Positions 1-12,952 of a stretch of 64,000 bases of DNA are shown here, piece after piece. The translations under genes were made by a program, and so were the position numbers. The stretch is from Ruditapes philippinarum (taxonomy: Eukaryota), in the NCBI RefSeq assembly GCF_026571515.1, contig NW_026857505.1, forward strand, positions 1 to 64,000, in the 5' to 3' direction. Each line of letters begins with the position of its first letter. The first letter of the stretch is position 1. The notes below the pieces were generated by a model. That model worked only from the letters and a program-made list of their open reading frames with translations. It had not been told where the DNA came from and searched no databases.

Positions 1-310
1 AAATGTTCTTATACAGAAAAAAATATTCAAAAGTTCAGTTCATTGTCGTCAGTGATGATAAAGCATGGTGTAAAATGCATATAAAGAAGGAGCTAATATA
101 AGTACTTTTACTGACCCTGGTGAAGACCTAGCTTTAATGACTTTATGTGATGATTTTGTAATAACCACAGGAACGTTTGGCTGGTGGGGTGCGTGGCTTT
201 CAGGAGGAACAACAGTATATTACAATAAACACCCAAGGCCGGGAAGTGCATTAGCTTCTAGAATGACAAAAGAGGACTTTTATCCACCAAACTGGATAGG
301 TTTATCATAG
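1..310 (+). pseudogene. alpha-1,2-fucosyltransferase (GT11) paralogue A, 3' end, frameshifted
   Basis: Near-identical to 9513-9820 (FIVVSDDKAWC, DLALMTLCDDFVITTGTFGWWGAWL, FYPPNWIGLS*). A 2-bp insertion near 84-89 (catataaagaaggagct vs catataaaaggagct) gives TAA at 99-101 in the upstream frame. The 5' part lies outside the window. Confidence 0.85.
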
Positions 311-2440
311 TAGAATGTTTTCTAAGAAATACGATCCATTATATGTTGTTTGAAAAACATCTGCATAAATTTTCTTGAACATTTAAAAAAAAGTTCTTTA
401 AACAGATATGAAATGCTATTAGATTAACCTACTTTTTTCCTACAGCTTACAGTAATAATGTTTTGGATCGATTTTTATATTCTCTTCCCAATTTCGCTCT
501 TTTTTTTCTCTTATCGATTTCAGATATAAAAGCCTCTTTATTTTGTGCTTATTGATGATTTAACAATAACCGTGATAAATATTCTATCTGGTCTTTCGAA
601 AAAATAAATTATCTCAATTTAAGGATTTTGGGGATGTTATTATGAATTCTAAGCTGGAGAGCTTGACTTGTATGTTTTAAAGGCAAACTTCATAAGCACC
701 TTTAACAAATATGGTTTTTGTGTTCCATTTCATCTACTGTTTATACATTTCTATACGTTCGCTTTTGCCAATTTTGTTTAAATGATTTAACATGTTCTCG
801 AGAGAAAGAAAAAAGTTCATCTATAAAATGTTAATAAAAATCAAGGAAGAACTCGGCTTGAAAGTATATGCTTTTGCATAATCTATGCTATAATGACTCC
901 CTTGCTTTAAATCAATGCTGCTTTTTAAAGGATTAATCAACTGTAACTCTATATATGTTCTAACTGTGTGTTTTAACACAGGTGGCAGTATCAGTGTTTG
1001 GACATCCCACCACACCCTACCGCTGGACCCCTGCTACAACCCCGAAAAATCACTTCTATGGCTTACTATAAGATACTAAATACAAAAGTGTGTTTTTGCA
1101 GAAAAATGCTATTTAAAAATAATCTACATGCTGCATACATCGCTTCAGCTATTTGATTACTTGAGTTCAGATAGTCATTGCCGCCGTTCCTGGACAGCGA
1201 CATGTACAGGTAACAAGATATCGACCATTTCTACCAGTACACCGCCTGTCCTAACCCAATCAGAGTGGATAATTAATACCACGTGATAACAAAATGGATG
1301 ACAAAAGACCAGAAAGAGGGAACCTACGTCATCCGTCATGTTTTATTTTTGTCGAGTTACCTATTATTATATAATTGAAATACTGTCTTCATGTACGAAC
1401 TTCGAAACAAGTGTATAGGCTCCTGTGGTGTAAAACATATAACATTAGCTCTGTTGTTCAGAAATTTAAGGAGTCTATTTCACAATAAAAGATAACTGGC
1501 GACACTTAACTGTCGCCTATATTTTGCAAGGGAAAAGAAGAAATTTACCAACATTAGTTGATAGGTTTATAAATTAGTTAAACATTTTTCAAAGCGAATA
1601 TGATTTTCTAATCATATTTTATATATTATTTTGAAGCGCACACTTATCCTTTGAGGACATAAAATGTCAATTTGAGGATAAAAGTTCTCGAAAGAAAAGA
1701 TCTCTTAAGAACTATGGAAACAAACGGGAACCATTGCATGGGGACCATACGTTGTTTAGAGCTAAAACCACAGAAATTATGATTTTAAAAAAGAGTCAGA
1801 GATAAAGTTTACAGACAATATCTGAAATATTAATTTTCTGAAGTCTTAAAATAATTAAAAGTCCTGAAATTTTATCAAATAGATATTTTGCCTTTTGCAA
1901 TGATACAGGTTTATTCAACACTCAACAGCCTGCAGGTATCAACTATTCAGAAGAAGGTCTCGTATGACCGTTCTTGCTTCATTATTGTGGACAAACCGAC
2001 ATAGCGATGGTTACTAGTCCGACGCATTACCCACTCTATCGTGCCACCATGCACTATTGTGTTTATAGAAATATTTATGGAAAAATAAAACATAAAATGA
2101 ACTTCTTCTACATAAAAATAGATTATTTATTACTGACATTGGTAGATAGATAGATTCTTTTATTTGCTCAAGTTATGAATATTAGAGTAAGTAAAGTAAA
2201 TTAATAGACACACAAAGTCACGCTCATTGGTATGTTTTGCTCCTAATTGGGCACACTATTACAAAATTAAAAATAACATGAACATAATGGAATCCTACCG
2301 TAATTCTGACTTCTTTATGCAAAAGCTAAAGGCATGATCAACAACTTCAAAACAAAGCTTCAAGTATATACATGTACTAGTATTATATTGTTCTTTCTTT
2401 TGACAGGGTTTGAACGAACCACAGATGATAGATTATGTAA
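1..2440 (+). repeat. Segmental duplication copy A (FUT 3' end plus downstream flank)
   Basis: Colinear with 9513-17900 once three insertions in copy B (10656-11021, 11906-16897, 17477-17850) are removed. Confidence 0.9.
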
Positions 2441-2869
2441 TTGGTATTTATACATACATTGCTCTATTTATTTTATTGATTTGTCTTGTCCTGTTACTGC
2501 ATGTAATTAAAAAGGATTTTCGTTGCTCCTTTCGCATTAACATCTTTTCTGTAACAAGAAAAACAGTACAAATGATAGTTTAACGCCTCATAAAGGTACG
2601 ATACGAGTAAAAATAATAAAAGAGCGAGCCTGATTTTCTTTTAGAATGTAAGCCGTTTTCAAAGCATTTTTCCGTCATCATAGGCAACCTCGAAAATACA
2701 TTTTACCTATAGCATGATTTATAGATATTCTTTATAAAACATTTTTTTACATAATTTTGTCACATTTTTATCTGAATGTTGACTTAGTATAATAAAATCA
2801 GCTCTACAAAGGATTCCGAAGTGTCTATTTCATCTGTTTAAAGTCTGTTCCGATAATATAAGTAGCTAT

Positions 2870-3597
2870 TAACTATAAAAAGATAAACTCGAAAACATAC
2901 AGCATGAGGCTGCAAGAATTGTAATAGAATGCACACAACTTGTTTCCATATCGAAGCTCTATCACGAAATATGTTGGGAAAATCTGGCTGAGCGACGTCG
3001 TAAACATAAATAAATCCTATTCTATAAGATGGTAAATGGGATCTTTCCTGTATATCTTTGTTATATTGTTCCTAATACAGTAGGTGAAACAAGTCAGTAT
3101 AATCTTCGTAATTCAAATTATGCGTACAAGAACCTCTCTCTGCGCTACCTCTTTTGTTCCTTCAACATTATAAAAGAATGGAATGTATTACCACTCAATG
3201 TAAGAAATACAGACTCATTAACCAGCTTTAAGTCTCTTCTATATCAGGAAAGTTACAAAAGCAAATCTTAATTCTATTACGGTGACAGGAAATATCAAGA
3301 ACTTCACACGCAACTCCGAAGAAATTGCAGCTCTCTCAACATTTATTCCAAAAGAATATTGTCCATTGTTCTTTGTCAGTGTGGTAAAATTGAGACCAGC
3401 TATCACTATTTTTATGAATATCAAAGGTTTAATAACATATGACACAAAGTCATTCTGTTAAATACAATTTCAAACACCATTGCTCCTTCGTTAGAAGTCA
3501 TCTTGTTCGGAACGGAATCAAAGTCAATTGAAGCAAATGAGATAATATTTTCAGCAGTTCATTAATATATCAAACTAAGTAAGAGGTTTCAAACATA
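2870..3597 (+). mobile_element. Degenerate L2/CR1-group LINE, 3' end of ORF2
   Basis: Fragments YNLRNS..KEWNVLPLNVRNTDSLTSFKSLL, YYGDRKYQELHTQLR, CQCGKIETSYHYF, ILFG..EANEIIFSAVH.YIKLSKRF are typical of L2-type ORF2 C-termini. Multiple frameshifts. Confidence 0.75.
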
Positions 3598-3929
3598 ATT
3601 TATTGAACCGCTGAACCTTTCTTACTTATGTGTGCTTATACAAAATTGTTTGTAGAAAATATGTGTGTGCAGTTGCAATATATTTCTTTATAAGAAACGG
3701 TGAAGTATTGCAATTAAACATAAAATTAATGGTGTCAGTAGTTTTTCTTCACCTGGCAGGCACTTCCATTAGTTTCAGTCGCATCCGGTGTCTACTTTCA
3801 GCACGCAGCTCTGAAACTTCTTTCTTTTAAATTTTGACGTTCTAGGCATACTACTCTTCCTTTTATGGTGAAGCCATTTTGCATAACAATTGAATCATCG
3901 AATCATAGTATCTCTAATATTTCTTAAAA

Positions 3930-4430
3930 AATGAGTAAATTCCTCGTTTAAAAAAACAGGTATCAAATCGGAGCAATTTAAAACAAAAATAGTACATTGT
4001 CCAACCGTTTCATTACGATTGTCACGCACAGGAGACGTATTATCAACCAAATGTTTGAAATTAGGTCTTTAATTGGGTCAGCATATAAATATGACATTAT
4101 CCCGTTAATCCCGGCAAGTTACCAAATTACCAGGTACTTTGACTTACCAAATATTGTGCAACTAGATTCAAATAATCTTTAAATGTTTTGAAATACATGG
4201 AACAGACACTTATGGGCATCTCCAATCATGGGACAATTTATACGAGGCGTGTGACCTCATAAAAAAACTGTTTTCACTTTCAGCAGGAATATTCAGTAGG
4301 AGCAAATAAATTCTTATCTTTAATGTCACTGGAAATAATACAAACGTGTATGTATTCATGTCCGGCGTGAGGATTTAACCAGCGAATGAAACCAGAATAA
4401 AGGTTATGTTATTGCCGGTCTCAGTTTTTT
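3930..4430 (+). pseudogene. GT11 fucosyltransferase paralogue fragment (middle region)
   Basis: ORF 3997-4182 contains degenerate motif I (RRIINQMFEIRSLIGSA, cf. GRLGNQMF) and IPASYQITRYFDLPNIVQ, matching 9128-9180. Downstream remnants YGHLQSW and CIHVRRED. Stops and deletions present. Confidence 0.8.
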
Positions 4431-4484
4431 CTCTACAATTTTTGGGGCATTTTTCTCTTACGCACTTTATATAAGGCGACACCA

Positions 4485-4501
4485 TGTGTGTGTGTGTGTG
4501 T
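4485..4501. repeat. (TG)n microsatellite
   Basis: Direct observation. Confidence 0.8.
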
Positions 4502-5534
4502 CACATATTCGCGGAGTTGGAGATATGGTTATTTTTCTGTATATCAATAATTCAAAGGGTTTTGTTGTTAATGACCTAACACATTGTTTCTAAAGTATCG
4601 TCTGTTTTACATAAAACCATTTTGAAAACATCTTGAAGGCTATGTTTTATGTCTAAATTAACATGTTTCTTCCATTACCTTTGTATTCATTGTGTCCCGT
4701 TCGAGTATTTCAAACAATTGAAATACCGGTGTGACGTGAATTTTGTCAGACGACCCGTGAAAGATGTAAGATTTTCTTGTAGAGTTGTGTGTAAACCTCG
4801 TTTAGAAACTCATTAATTAATCCAAGCTTAAGTTCTTCCTTTTATTCATGAGCATAGAGCCATTTTCTACGATATCTTCTTTTATTTATCTGTGACAACG
4901 TATCGTGTGGATGAAATATTGTCCAAATCATTGACAGTCTTTCAACATTGTTCGTTCCCGATCATGGCCGATGTCAAGTTGATGGAAATTCCTGGAAAAT
5001 CGAAGAGCTTTGATCAAGGTTAGCTTGTTTTGATATTTTATATTAGAATCTGGTAGTCCCAAGCATCGTTGAAAGTATGTTAGTTTTTATTAATGCTAAC
5101 AGGTACTGACCATGTGACTGTCAGTCTGTTTTAAGAAATGGGCGGTACATGTATGTAGCTCTTTACTTTAGCCGACCAGCCAGTCGACAAGTGTAGACCT
5201 AGGGGTATGGCCCAATTTAGTTTACTGATATATTGTCTATTTATATGTATTTAAATTGAATTAGTGTCAGCTCGGCCCTAACATACTCGGCCCCCGAGTC
5301 AGCTCGGCCCTATTCGAACTCGGCACGGGTCAACTCGACCCAATTTATCAATATATTGGTTTGTTTTATCACTCTCTTTTGTTGGAACCACTTTATTGAT
5401 ATATGGACTTATTCACAAACGTGGAAAGACGTTTTCTTAATTTATTATTACCGGTATACGATGCGTACAGGCGCTTCACAGAAATAAAAATTGTTAATAA
5501 TATGGTAATGTCAAAGTACCCAGTTAAGAATGCA

Positions 5535-5850
5535 TCATGACAATAATCAATAGTTATACATGCTGAAATTATATATCTTGTAACTGGCGAATTGTCTTAG
5601 CTACGAACCATGGAGACAATAAAATTATTTTATACTTTTACGAAATTTAACTTTGATATTAAAAGCATGCCAAAATCTTTAGGGTGTCTATTTTTCACGA
5701 TTTGTGTCATTTACGGATTTTTCAAGCAAAATATTCTGTACAAAATTTGAACGCTGTATGATGATCGCTATGAATTCATATACCGTAAGTGTTTATAAAA
5801 ATAACTGTTATGATAAGATTGGTAATAAATGTTGTTTTTTTTCATCAAAG
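5535..5850 (+). pseudogene. GT11 fucosyltransferase paralogue fragment (5' flank, TM anchor and stem)
   Basis: Aligns with 8700-9035, e.g. tgtctatttttcacgatttgtgtcatttacggattttt and VYKNNCYDKIGNKCCFFSSK vs IYKNICYDKIVKKCFYLSSK. Ends where the mariner remnant begins. Confidence 0.75.
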
Positions 5851-5864
5851 ACCTTGATTGGTAA

Positions 5865-6588
5865 AGAGAATTATATACATGATCTTTTTGACGCTCATGG
5901 TGCGTTTTGCTTTGCAAGGTCTTTGATAACATTTGGTTGCCCATATTTTGTTAGGGCTCATAAAGGGAACCCACGTCTCATCGCCAGTGACGATATTTGT
6001 ATTTAGGGAACTGTTTCAACAATTGTTTGGAGATTCTTACCAGAGCAAGTTTTTGCTCTTTTGTAAGGAGATGGGGTATCCATCTGGCACTTATCCTTCT
6101 AATTTATAAATCACGTCTGAGAATTGTATGAGCGGCTCCTACAGAGATACCAACGCATTTAGCTATATACTTAGTTGTAAATTTTGCATCAGTGGCAATC
6201 AAATCCTTTAATTTTTCAACCATTTTTGGCGGAGTTGCAGTTTTCGGACGGCGTGCTTGAGATGCATCTTTAACTGTGTCCACGCCACTTTTAAATTTCT
6301 TACATGTGAGAGATGAAAATAAAAGTTCATTTTTCCCATAAACACGACATATTTCATTAAATATGTCTTTCGCCTGTGGTCAGTGAAGGGAGATCTTTTC
6401 CCAACCATTTTAGCTTTAGTATACACGAGTAGATAGCGTTAATCGAGTTATTGTCAAAGCTAGACTGAACTGATTTACACAAGTTTTGTATCAATTGAGA
6501 GCTTACGCGATACATGCACATAGTTCGTGCATAATGTGGTTAAAGGCGAGAAATTGGCCTTGTTGAATTCATATTTGAACACCCCTCG
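5865..6588 (-). mobile_element. mariner (Tc1/mariner) transposon remnant: 5' TIR and N-terminal half of transposase
   Basis: Minus-strand translation gives AKDIFNEICRVYG..KKFKSGVDTVKD..RPKTAT..ISARWIPHLLTKEQK and IVTGDETWV. TIR TA|CGAGGGGTGTTCAAATATGAAT starts at 6590. Stops and frameshifts; 3' half missing. Confidence 0.85.
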
Positions 6589-8763
6589 TACCTAACTTTT
6601 AGGGAGAGATATCAATAGACTTGGGTTTTTTGAGTTACTTGTCTCATAACCAATTTAATATATCGTGAAATGATTTAGTTTAGTTTCAATTGTTCATTTG
6701 TGACAAAACTATCAATACCTTCAATGACACCCCCTAAAAATTCAATAAACAAACGTGCATTTATTGCATGACTGTTTTAGCCAATGAGACAATATACAGT
6801 TCATCAAGATACAGCGCGTTTATGTTTATTACTGTGTTGCTGTCATAATTATAATAAATTATTACAATTTTGATAATTCAATGTAATTAAATTTCTCAAT
6901 TTACAAGTTTGTTTCTTTCATTTAAAACCTTCAGTACAATTACAAAATAGTTATTGCAATCATAGCAATATTACATATGAATGTATGTTACATGTATATT
7001 TTTCTTGTTATTTTAAAGACTTTACATATTGCTTTTAAAATATCGTTTCACAAAAAGCCATGTTGAAAAAAAAAACAAAACAAACAACAAACAAACCAAC
7101 AAAAACTTGACATCTGTTATAAGGGCCCATGTAATTTGTTGGAGATTAACAAGCAGATAAAGTTTATTTATACTGGCCGCTTGTATTAACCATATGGGAC
7201 AGATTATCTACGCACTTGCTGGTCCGATCATAGAGTCCACATCAGCAGCAACTTTTCATGCAGAATCTTCCTTGACCTGTTCTTCGCCCTGTGATGGTTA
7301 AAGGAGACTTTCCAAGACATTACTTTTCAATCGGCATCATCGAACAATAACGGCTGTTGCTAGCGACACCAGGACAGGTTACCAATCATCTCTTGTACTA
7401 GTACTTTCAGAGACGGCTTGACCTTGACCTGCCGGTGTGCCTTCTTCGTGACTCGTGACTTCGTGCCTCGGGAGGGATTTGGAGAAAAGAGATTAACAAA
7501 TTTCTTCCATTACCTTTTTATTTATTGTGTCCCGTTCGAGTGTTTCAATCAATTGAACCATTTGATGCGCGCAGTTGCTTCATTAAAACACAAACTGTAA
7601 ATCAATAAATAAATACTCGGCTTCGATTCCTTACTCTTCCAATGAATTTAATCAAATTCTTTAGTTATAACAATATTTTATATATAAACATTTCATTTAC
7701 ATGATAATTTATCAGTCTGTAATTAACAAATATTAAATTGCACGGATTGAGTAGGAAGCTTGATTTTTTCTTTAGAAACTCTCACCGTAAGCACTATCTC
7801 AAAGAGTATGTATAAAATGGTAACAATGATATATGCATATTTGTGTTAGATATACATAACATTTTCACTATAATCTTGCTTCTTTACATGCATAATAAAG
7901 TCAGCAACTTGCACTCAGGTTGTCCTAATCGAAACGATCTTAATAATGAAGTAAAGACTCAGATTCTTTCGAATGTGACCGTCGTCCCATGTGTTTACTC
8001 CGGACACACAAAGAACCAAGTTTGCTTCTAGAACTGACTAGTATTTATGCATTTTCCTCCGGTTTGTAAATAATTTATTATTAATATACATCTACATGCT
8101 TCGACCAGATGGGCAACAATAAATAAATACACATAAGATTATTCACCATTAGGTTAATCATCATGATGCGGGCAAGTCTAGTGCAAATGTATACGGTGCC
8201 ACAATTTTCGGAGCGGACCCATATGATACGGTACCAAGAACTCGGTCAGTTGTCACGCTTTTATGACTTTTTAAAGAAATTAAACAGCTTAAATTTGTGT
8301 GCAATATTTTTGTATACATATCTTTGATGCTTACAGTTATATCATATAAATATTTTGATTGACAACATGATTTTCTCCTTTTAAAAGTTTTCCAAATGCT
8401 CATTTTCCCCAAGCCAGCTCTAGCTGTTTTCATTAAAACAAAGAAATCGTACAAGTCTTTGATAAAAACTAGGTAAAGAAATAAGCTTCAATGATCATAA
8501 TATTCCGTAGACACACTTTTATGAATAAACTTACTTCAAAAGTGTGACTTTCAGGTCGTTTTCCATCATGCATGTTGTGTTTAAGTGTTTGTTTTGTCTA
8601 AAATGATACGGTGCTGCGCGCAGGATGATAAATTATCGACGGTACGCGGAAAAATTATGCGTATACCCTTGACACCGTGATACCATGGTAGTAAAGATAT
8701 CATGAAATCAATAGTAATTTACATGCTGAAACTATTTAACCTGCTACCAGCTTTTTATTCGCG

Positions 8764-9820
8764 ATGTATCATGAAATGATTACTTTTATGAAAGGTAACT
8801 TTCATAGGGAAAGCGTAGTTAAACTTTTAGCATGTCTATTTTTCTCGATTAGTTTCATTTACGGATTTTTTCATTTCCAGGCAAATAATTCGTTGAATAA
8901 ATTGAACGCTACATTGAGATCGCCACGTATGTCTGATAATGTGGATTTAAATAGTGAAAATGTAAGTACTGTATGTATTTATAAGAATATCTGTTATGAT
9001 AAGATTGTTAAAAAGTGTTTTTATCTTTCATCAAAGAATTACGGAAGGACTACTATATCTAAACTAGTGCATGAGTTAACGTTAAATAAAAATAAAACAG
9101 ATATCAAAACAGACGACTATTCAACCAATCCCGGCAAGTTACCCAATTACCAGGTACTTTGACTTGCCAAATATAGTGCAATCAAGGTCAAATAAGCTTT
9201 CAAATGTAGTGAAATGTTACGCGCCAAAATCTGCAGTGTATTACAACTTCACACAAGAAATGAACACAGGAAGCAATGTATCACTGCATGGATACCTTCA
9301 ATCATGGAAATATTTCTACGAGGCGTATGACGTCATCAAAACTGTTTTCAAATTTAAACAAAAATATTTGGACAAAGCACGAAACTTTTTATCTCGTGTG
9401 TCACTAAATGGCTACAAACGTGTTTGTATTCATGTTCGACGTGGAGACACTACCATCACAGCAAAACAAAAAGAAGGTTATGTTAATGTCGGAATAGATT
9501 TCATTGAAAAAGCAATGTTCTTCTACAGAAAAAAATATTCAAAAGTTCAGTTCATTGTCGTCAGTGATGATAAAGCATGGTGTAGAATGCATATAAAAGG
9601 AGCTAATATAAGTACTTTTACTGACCCTGGTGAAGACTTAGCTTTAATGACTTTATGTGAGGACTTTGTAATAACAACAGGAACGTTTGGCTGGTGGGGT
9701 GCGTGGCTTTCAGGAGGAACAACAGTATATTACAATAAACACCCAAGGCCGGGAAGTGCGTTAGCTTCTAGAATGACAAAAGAGGACTTTTATCCACCAA
9801 ACTGGATAGGTTTATCATAG
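8764..9820 (+). pseudogene. alpha-1,2-fucosyltransferase (GT11, FUT1/FUT2-like) paralogue B with internal deletion and frameshift
   Basis: ORF 8764-9162 is a type II TM anchor plus stem. ORF 9164-9820 has HGYLQSWKYF, CIHVRRGD, FIVVSDD and GTFGWWGAWL. The two ORFs are in different frames, and motif I (present in the 3997 paralogue) is missing at the ~9126 junction. Confidence 0.85.
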
Positions 9821-10655
9821 TAGAAGGTTTTCTATGCAACACGATCCATTATATGTTATTTATCTTTGAAATACATTTGCTTATATTTTCTTTAACATTT
9901 CAAAAAAGTACTTTAAACAGATATGAAATGCTATTACATTAATCTTTTTTCCTACAGCTTATAGTAATAAAGTTTTGGATCGATGTACTTATTTTCTTCT
10001 CAATTTCGCTCATTTTTCTCTTATAGATTTCATATATGAAAGGCTCTTTATATTGTACTCCTTAAATGACTTATCAATATCCGTCATAAATATTCTATCT
10101 GGTCTTTCGAAAAAAAACCCATCTCAATTTAGGGATTTTAGGGAATCTATTATGAATTCTAAGCTGGAGAGCTTGATTTATATGTTTGCAAAGGCATACT
10201 CCATAAACACCTCCAACAAACATAGTTTTTGTGTTCCATTTCATCTAATCTTTAACCAGTTCTATACGTTCGCTTTTGCCAATTTTGTTGAAATGATTTA
10301 CATGTAACATGTTCTCAATGGAAAGAAAAAACATCCAAGTTCAGCTATAAAATACATGTATTAGTAAAAATCAGGGAAGAAGTTTTGGCTAGAAAGTATA
10401 TGCTTTGGCATAATCTCTGCTATAATGACTCTATTGTTTTAATTCAATGCTGCTTTTAAAGGATTAATCAACTGTAACTCTATATATTTTCTTAATGTGT
10501 GTTTTTGCACAGGTGGTAGTACCAGTGTTTGGACAAGCCACCACACCCTACCGCTAGACCCCTGCTACAAGACTGAAAAAATTCATTACTTAGGCTTACT
10601 TTAAGATACTAAATAAGTGTGTTTTGCAGAAAAATGTTATTTAAAAATAAGCTAC

Positions 10656-11021
10656 GTAATAGAAAGAGCATAGAAACACGAAGCTATCTGATTTGTACGA
10701 GGGGGCTTCCCCGAGTATAAATCAGATTGCCGAGTGTTTTGATGTTCTTTCTCTTTTGTATCATAGTCAAAAATAAAAACACGTTCCCTGATGATACAAT
10801 ATGAAACCCCAGAAAACATGAACCAATGAACGAGCATCTGAATATGATATTTCTATCGCTTTCCCTTTCCCCGTCGTCACAATATGTAAACCCCAGACAA
10901 AATGAACCAATCAATGGGCATGCTCTGCAGTGCGGGTAACTAATACCTGCACTCCAGTTAACGCACTGTACATGTAACTCTGACACATTTCATCAGAAAG
11001 GTCCCCCAAACTATGATACAA
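10656..11021 (-). mobile_element. ~370-bp non-autonomous element, no TSD, with subterminal inverted repeat and 3' hairpin (Helentron/HINE- or Crypton-like)
   Basis: Absent from copy A (empty site ctac|atgctgc near 1127). Reverse-complement homologue of 17477-17850. Confidence 0.8.
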
Positions 11022-12902
11022 ATGTTGCATACATCGCTTCAGCTTTTTGGTTACTTGCAAGATATCGACTTTTTCTACCAGTACACCGCCTGTCCTAAGC
11101 CAATTAGAGTGGATAATTAATACTGCATGATAACAAAATGGACGACAAAAGACCTGAAAAAGGGGTCATGTTTTTTTTTTGTCGCGTTACCTATATATAA
11201 TTGAAATACTGTCTTCGTGTAAGAACTTCGAAACAAGTGTACAGGCTCCTGTGGGGCAAAAAATATTCGGAATAGATGAAACATTAGCTCTGTTGTTTAG
11301 GAAAGAGTCTAATCCACAATAAAAGATAACTGGCTGAGGCAATTCCCAGCATTTTTTGGAAATGATAATACACAAATAATGAAAATACACTAAACTGTAG
11401 CCTATATTTTGCAATGAAAAAGAGGTCATTTACCAACAATAGTGGAAAGGTTTATAAATTAGTTGAACATTTTTCAAAGCGGATTTGATTTTCTATATAA
11501 TATTTTATGTATTACTTTGAGGCGCACTACTGTCCCTTGAGAATATAAAAATGTCAATTACAGGATAAAAGTTTCTCGAAAGAAAACATCTCTTAAGAAC
11601 TATAGAAACAAACACAAATATTAAGCACACTTAAAGTATTAAAATCAATAATCTTGAAAGACCAGAAAATAACACATCTTTCAAAATTCCATTTTATTTA
11701 GTTCCGCCAATTGTTTTATCGTTTAGGGCACACGCAATTTTTTAATTGGGAACAATACGTTGTTCAAATCAGATTTAAGTAGCTTAATATTTCCATGGTT
11801 AAAGACAACCAACGAAATTATTATTTCAAAAAGAGTCAGAAATAAATTTTACAGACAATATCTGAAATATTACTTTTCTGAAGTCTTTGGAAATTTGATC
11901 ATATACTATAGTCTGTCCCATCAAATTTGAACATTCCATTTTTTATTTAATATAATAGTAAAATCATTTAAATTAATGTCATGTTAACCCTGACATCAAT
12001 ATCTCTAGGCATGTTTTTCATTTTTTTCATAAAGTCAGTAATATGGTCAAAATGTTAAAATTATATTTTTTCCCGTTGACTTACGTTGTAACCTGACGTG
12101 ACGTCCATTTCAAAATGGCGGCGCCCATATAGACGTCATTTAGGGTTCGTCTCACAATTAGCGTGAAATGTACTCGGTAATTATAAAAAAATATTATTCT
12201 TATTTACTTACTGATCAATAGCTAAATGTTATCATTAAAATGAAAAATGACAACAAAGTTGGTGTCAAAAAGGCAATTTTACTAGCACACCATTATTTAA
12301 AATAATCAAAATCATTTGAAGAGAAATTATCAGGAAGCTTTATAAATTCAAACACACAAGCTTTAATTAATTACCATGATATACTGTCGTATTTTATATT
12401 TTTAAGTGAAAAAGAACAATGAAGTGATTTGATTAGATAGCTTTTTAATCAAGCGCGTATCTTGAATACCACAACGCGTCGTAGGGGAGCGAAAACACTA
12501 GCTATAGAAGACTATAAAAATGGTTCTTCGCTAATTAATGTTTAATTTACATAATTCTGTAGTTGTCTGAATTCTGTCCATAAGTGTGTATCACGTCTAT
12601 TCAAAAATAAATAAATTGACCAGGTTCGATGGGATACATAAATATGTTACCCTTCATATTTCGGGGAGCGATGTCACGAATGCGCTAAAACTTTCCGTAG
12701 GGTTTCAACTTTCACAAGAAATCGCCAACAAATACTACATTATCATGCAAATCTTTCAAAAAATATAAAGAAAGGAAAACTGATTCACTATACGTTCAGC
12801 ATTGATTCGCTTGTTACCACAGTGTCTACGTTAACTAACTCCCTCGCTAACGAGAGAACACAGACTCGCGTTCGAGGAAAATGTAAATTATAAGAATATA
12901 AT

Positions 12903-12952
12903 ATCATGCTTTCTAGTTTAAGCAATGATCATGCTTTCTAGTTTAAGCAATC
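12903..12952. repeat. 25-bp tandem duplication
   Basis: atcatgctttctagtttaagcaat occurs twice. Confidence 0.8.

Noticed and set aside
5264-5343. CTCGGCCC repeat cluster as a complete element
   Set aside because: Looks like one end of a MITE, but no matching opposite end or TSD could be established.
9150-9170. Programmed frameshift or small intron joining the two FUT ORFs
   Set aside because: Better explained by a deletion, since the missing motif is visible in the 3997 paralogue.
8764-9820. Bacterial horizontal transfer of an intronless GT11 gene
   Set aside because: It has an animal-type type II TM anchor and stem and an upstream acceptor-like site (~8554). Animal FUT1/2 coding regions are typically single-exon.
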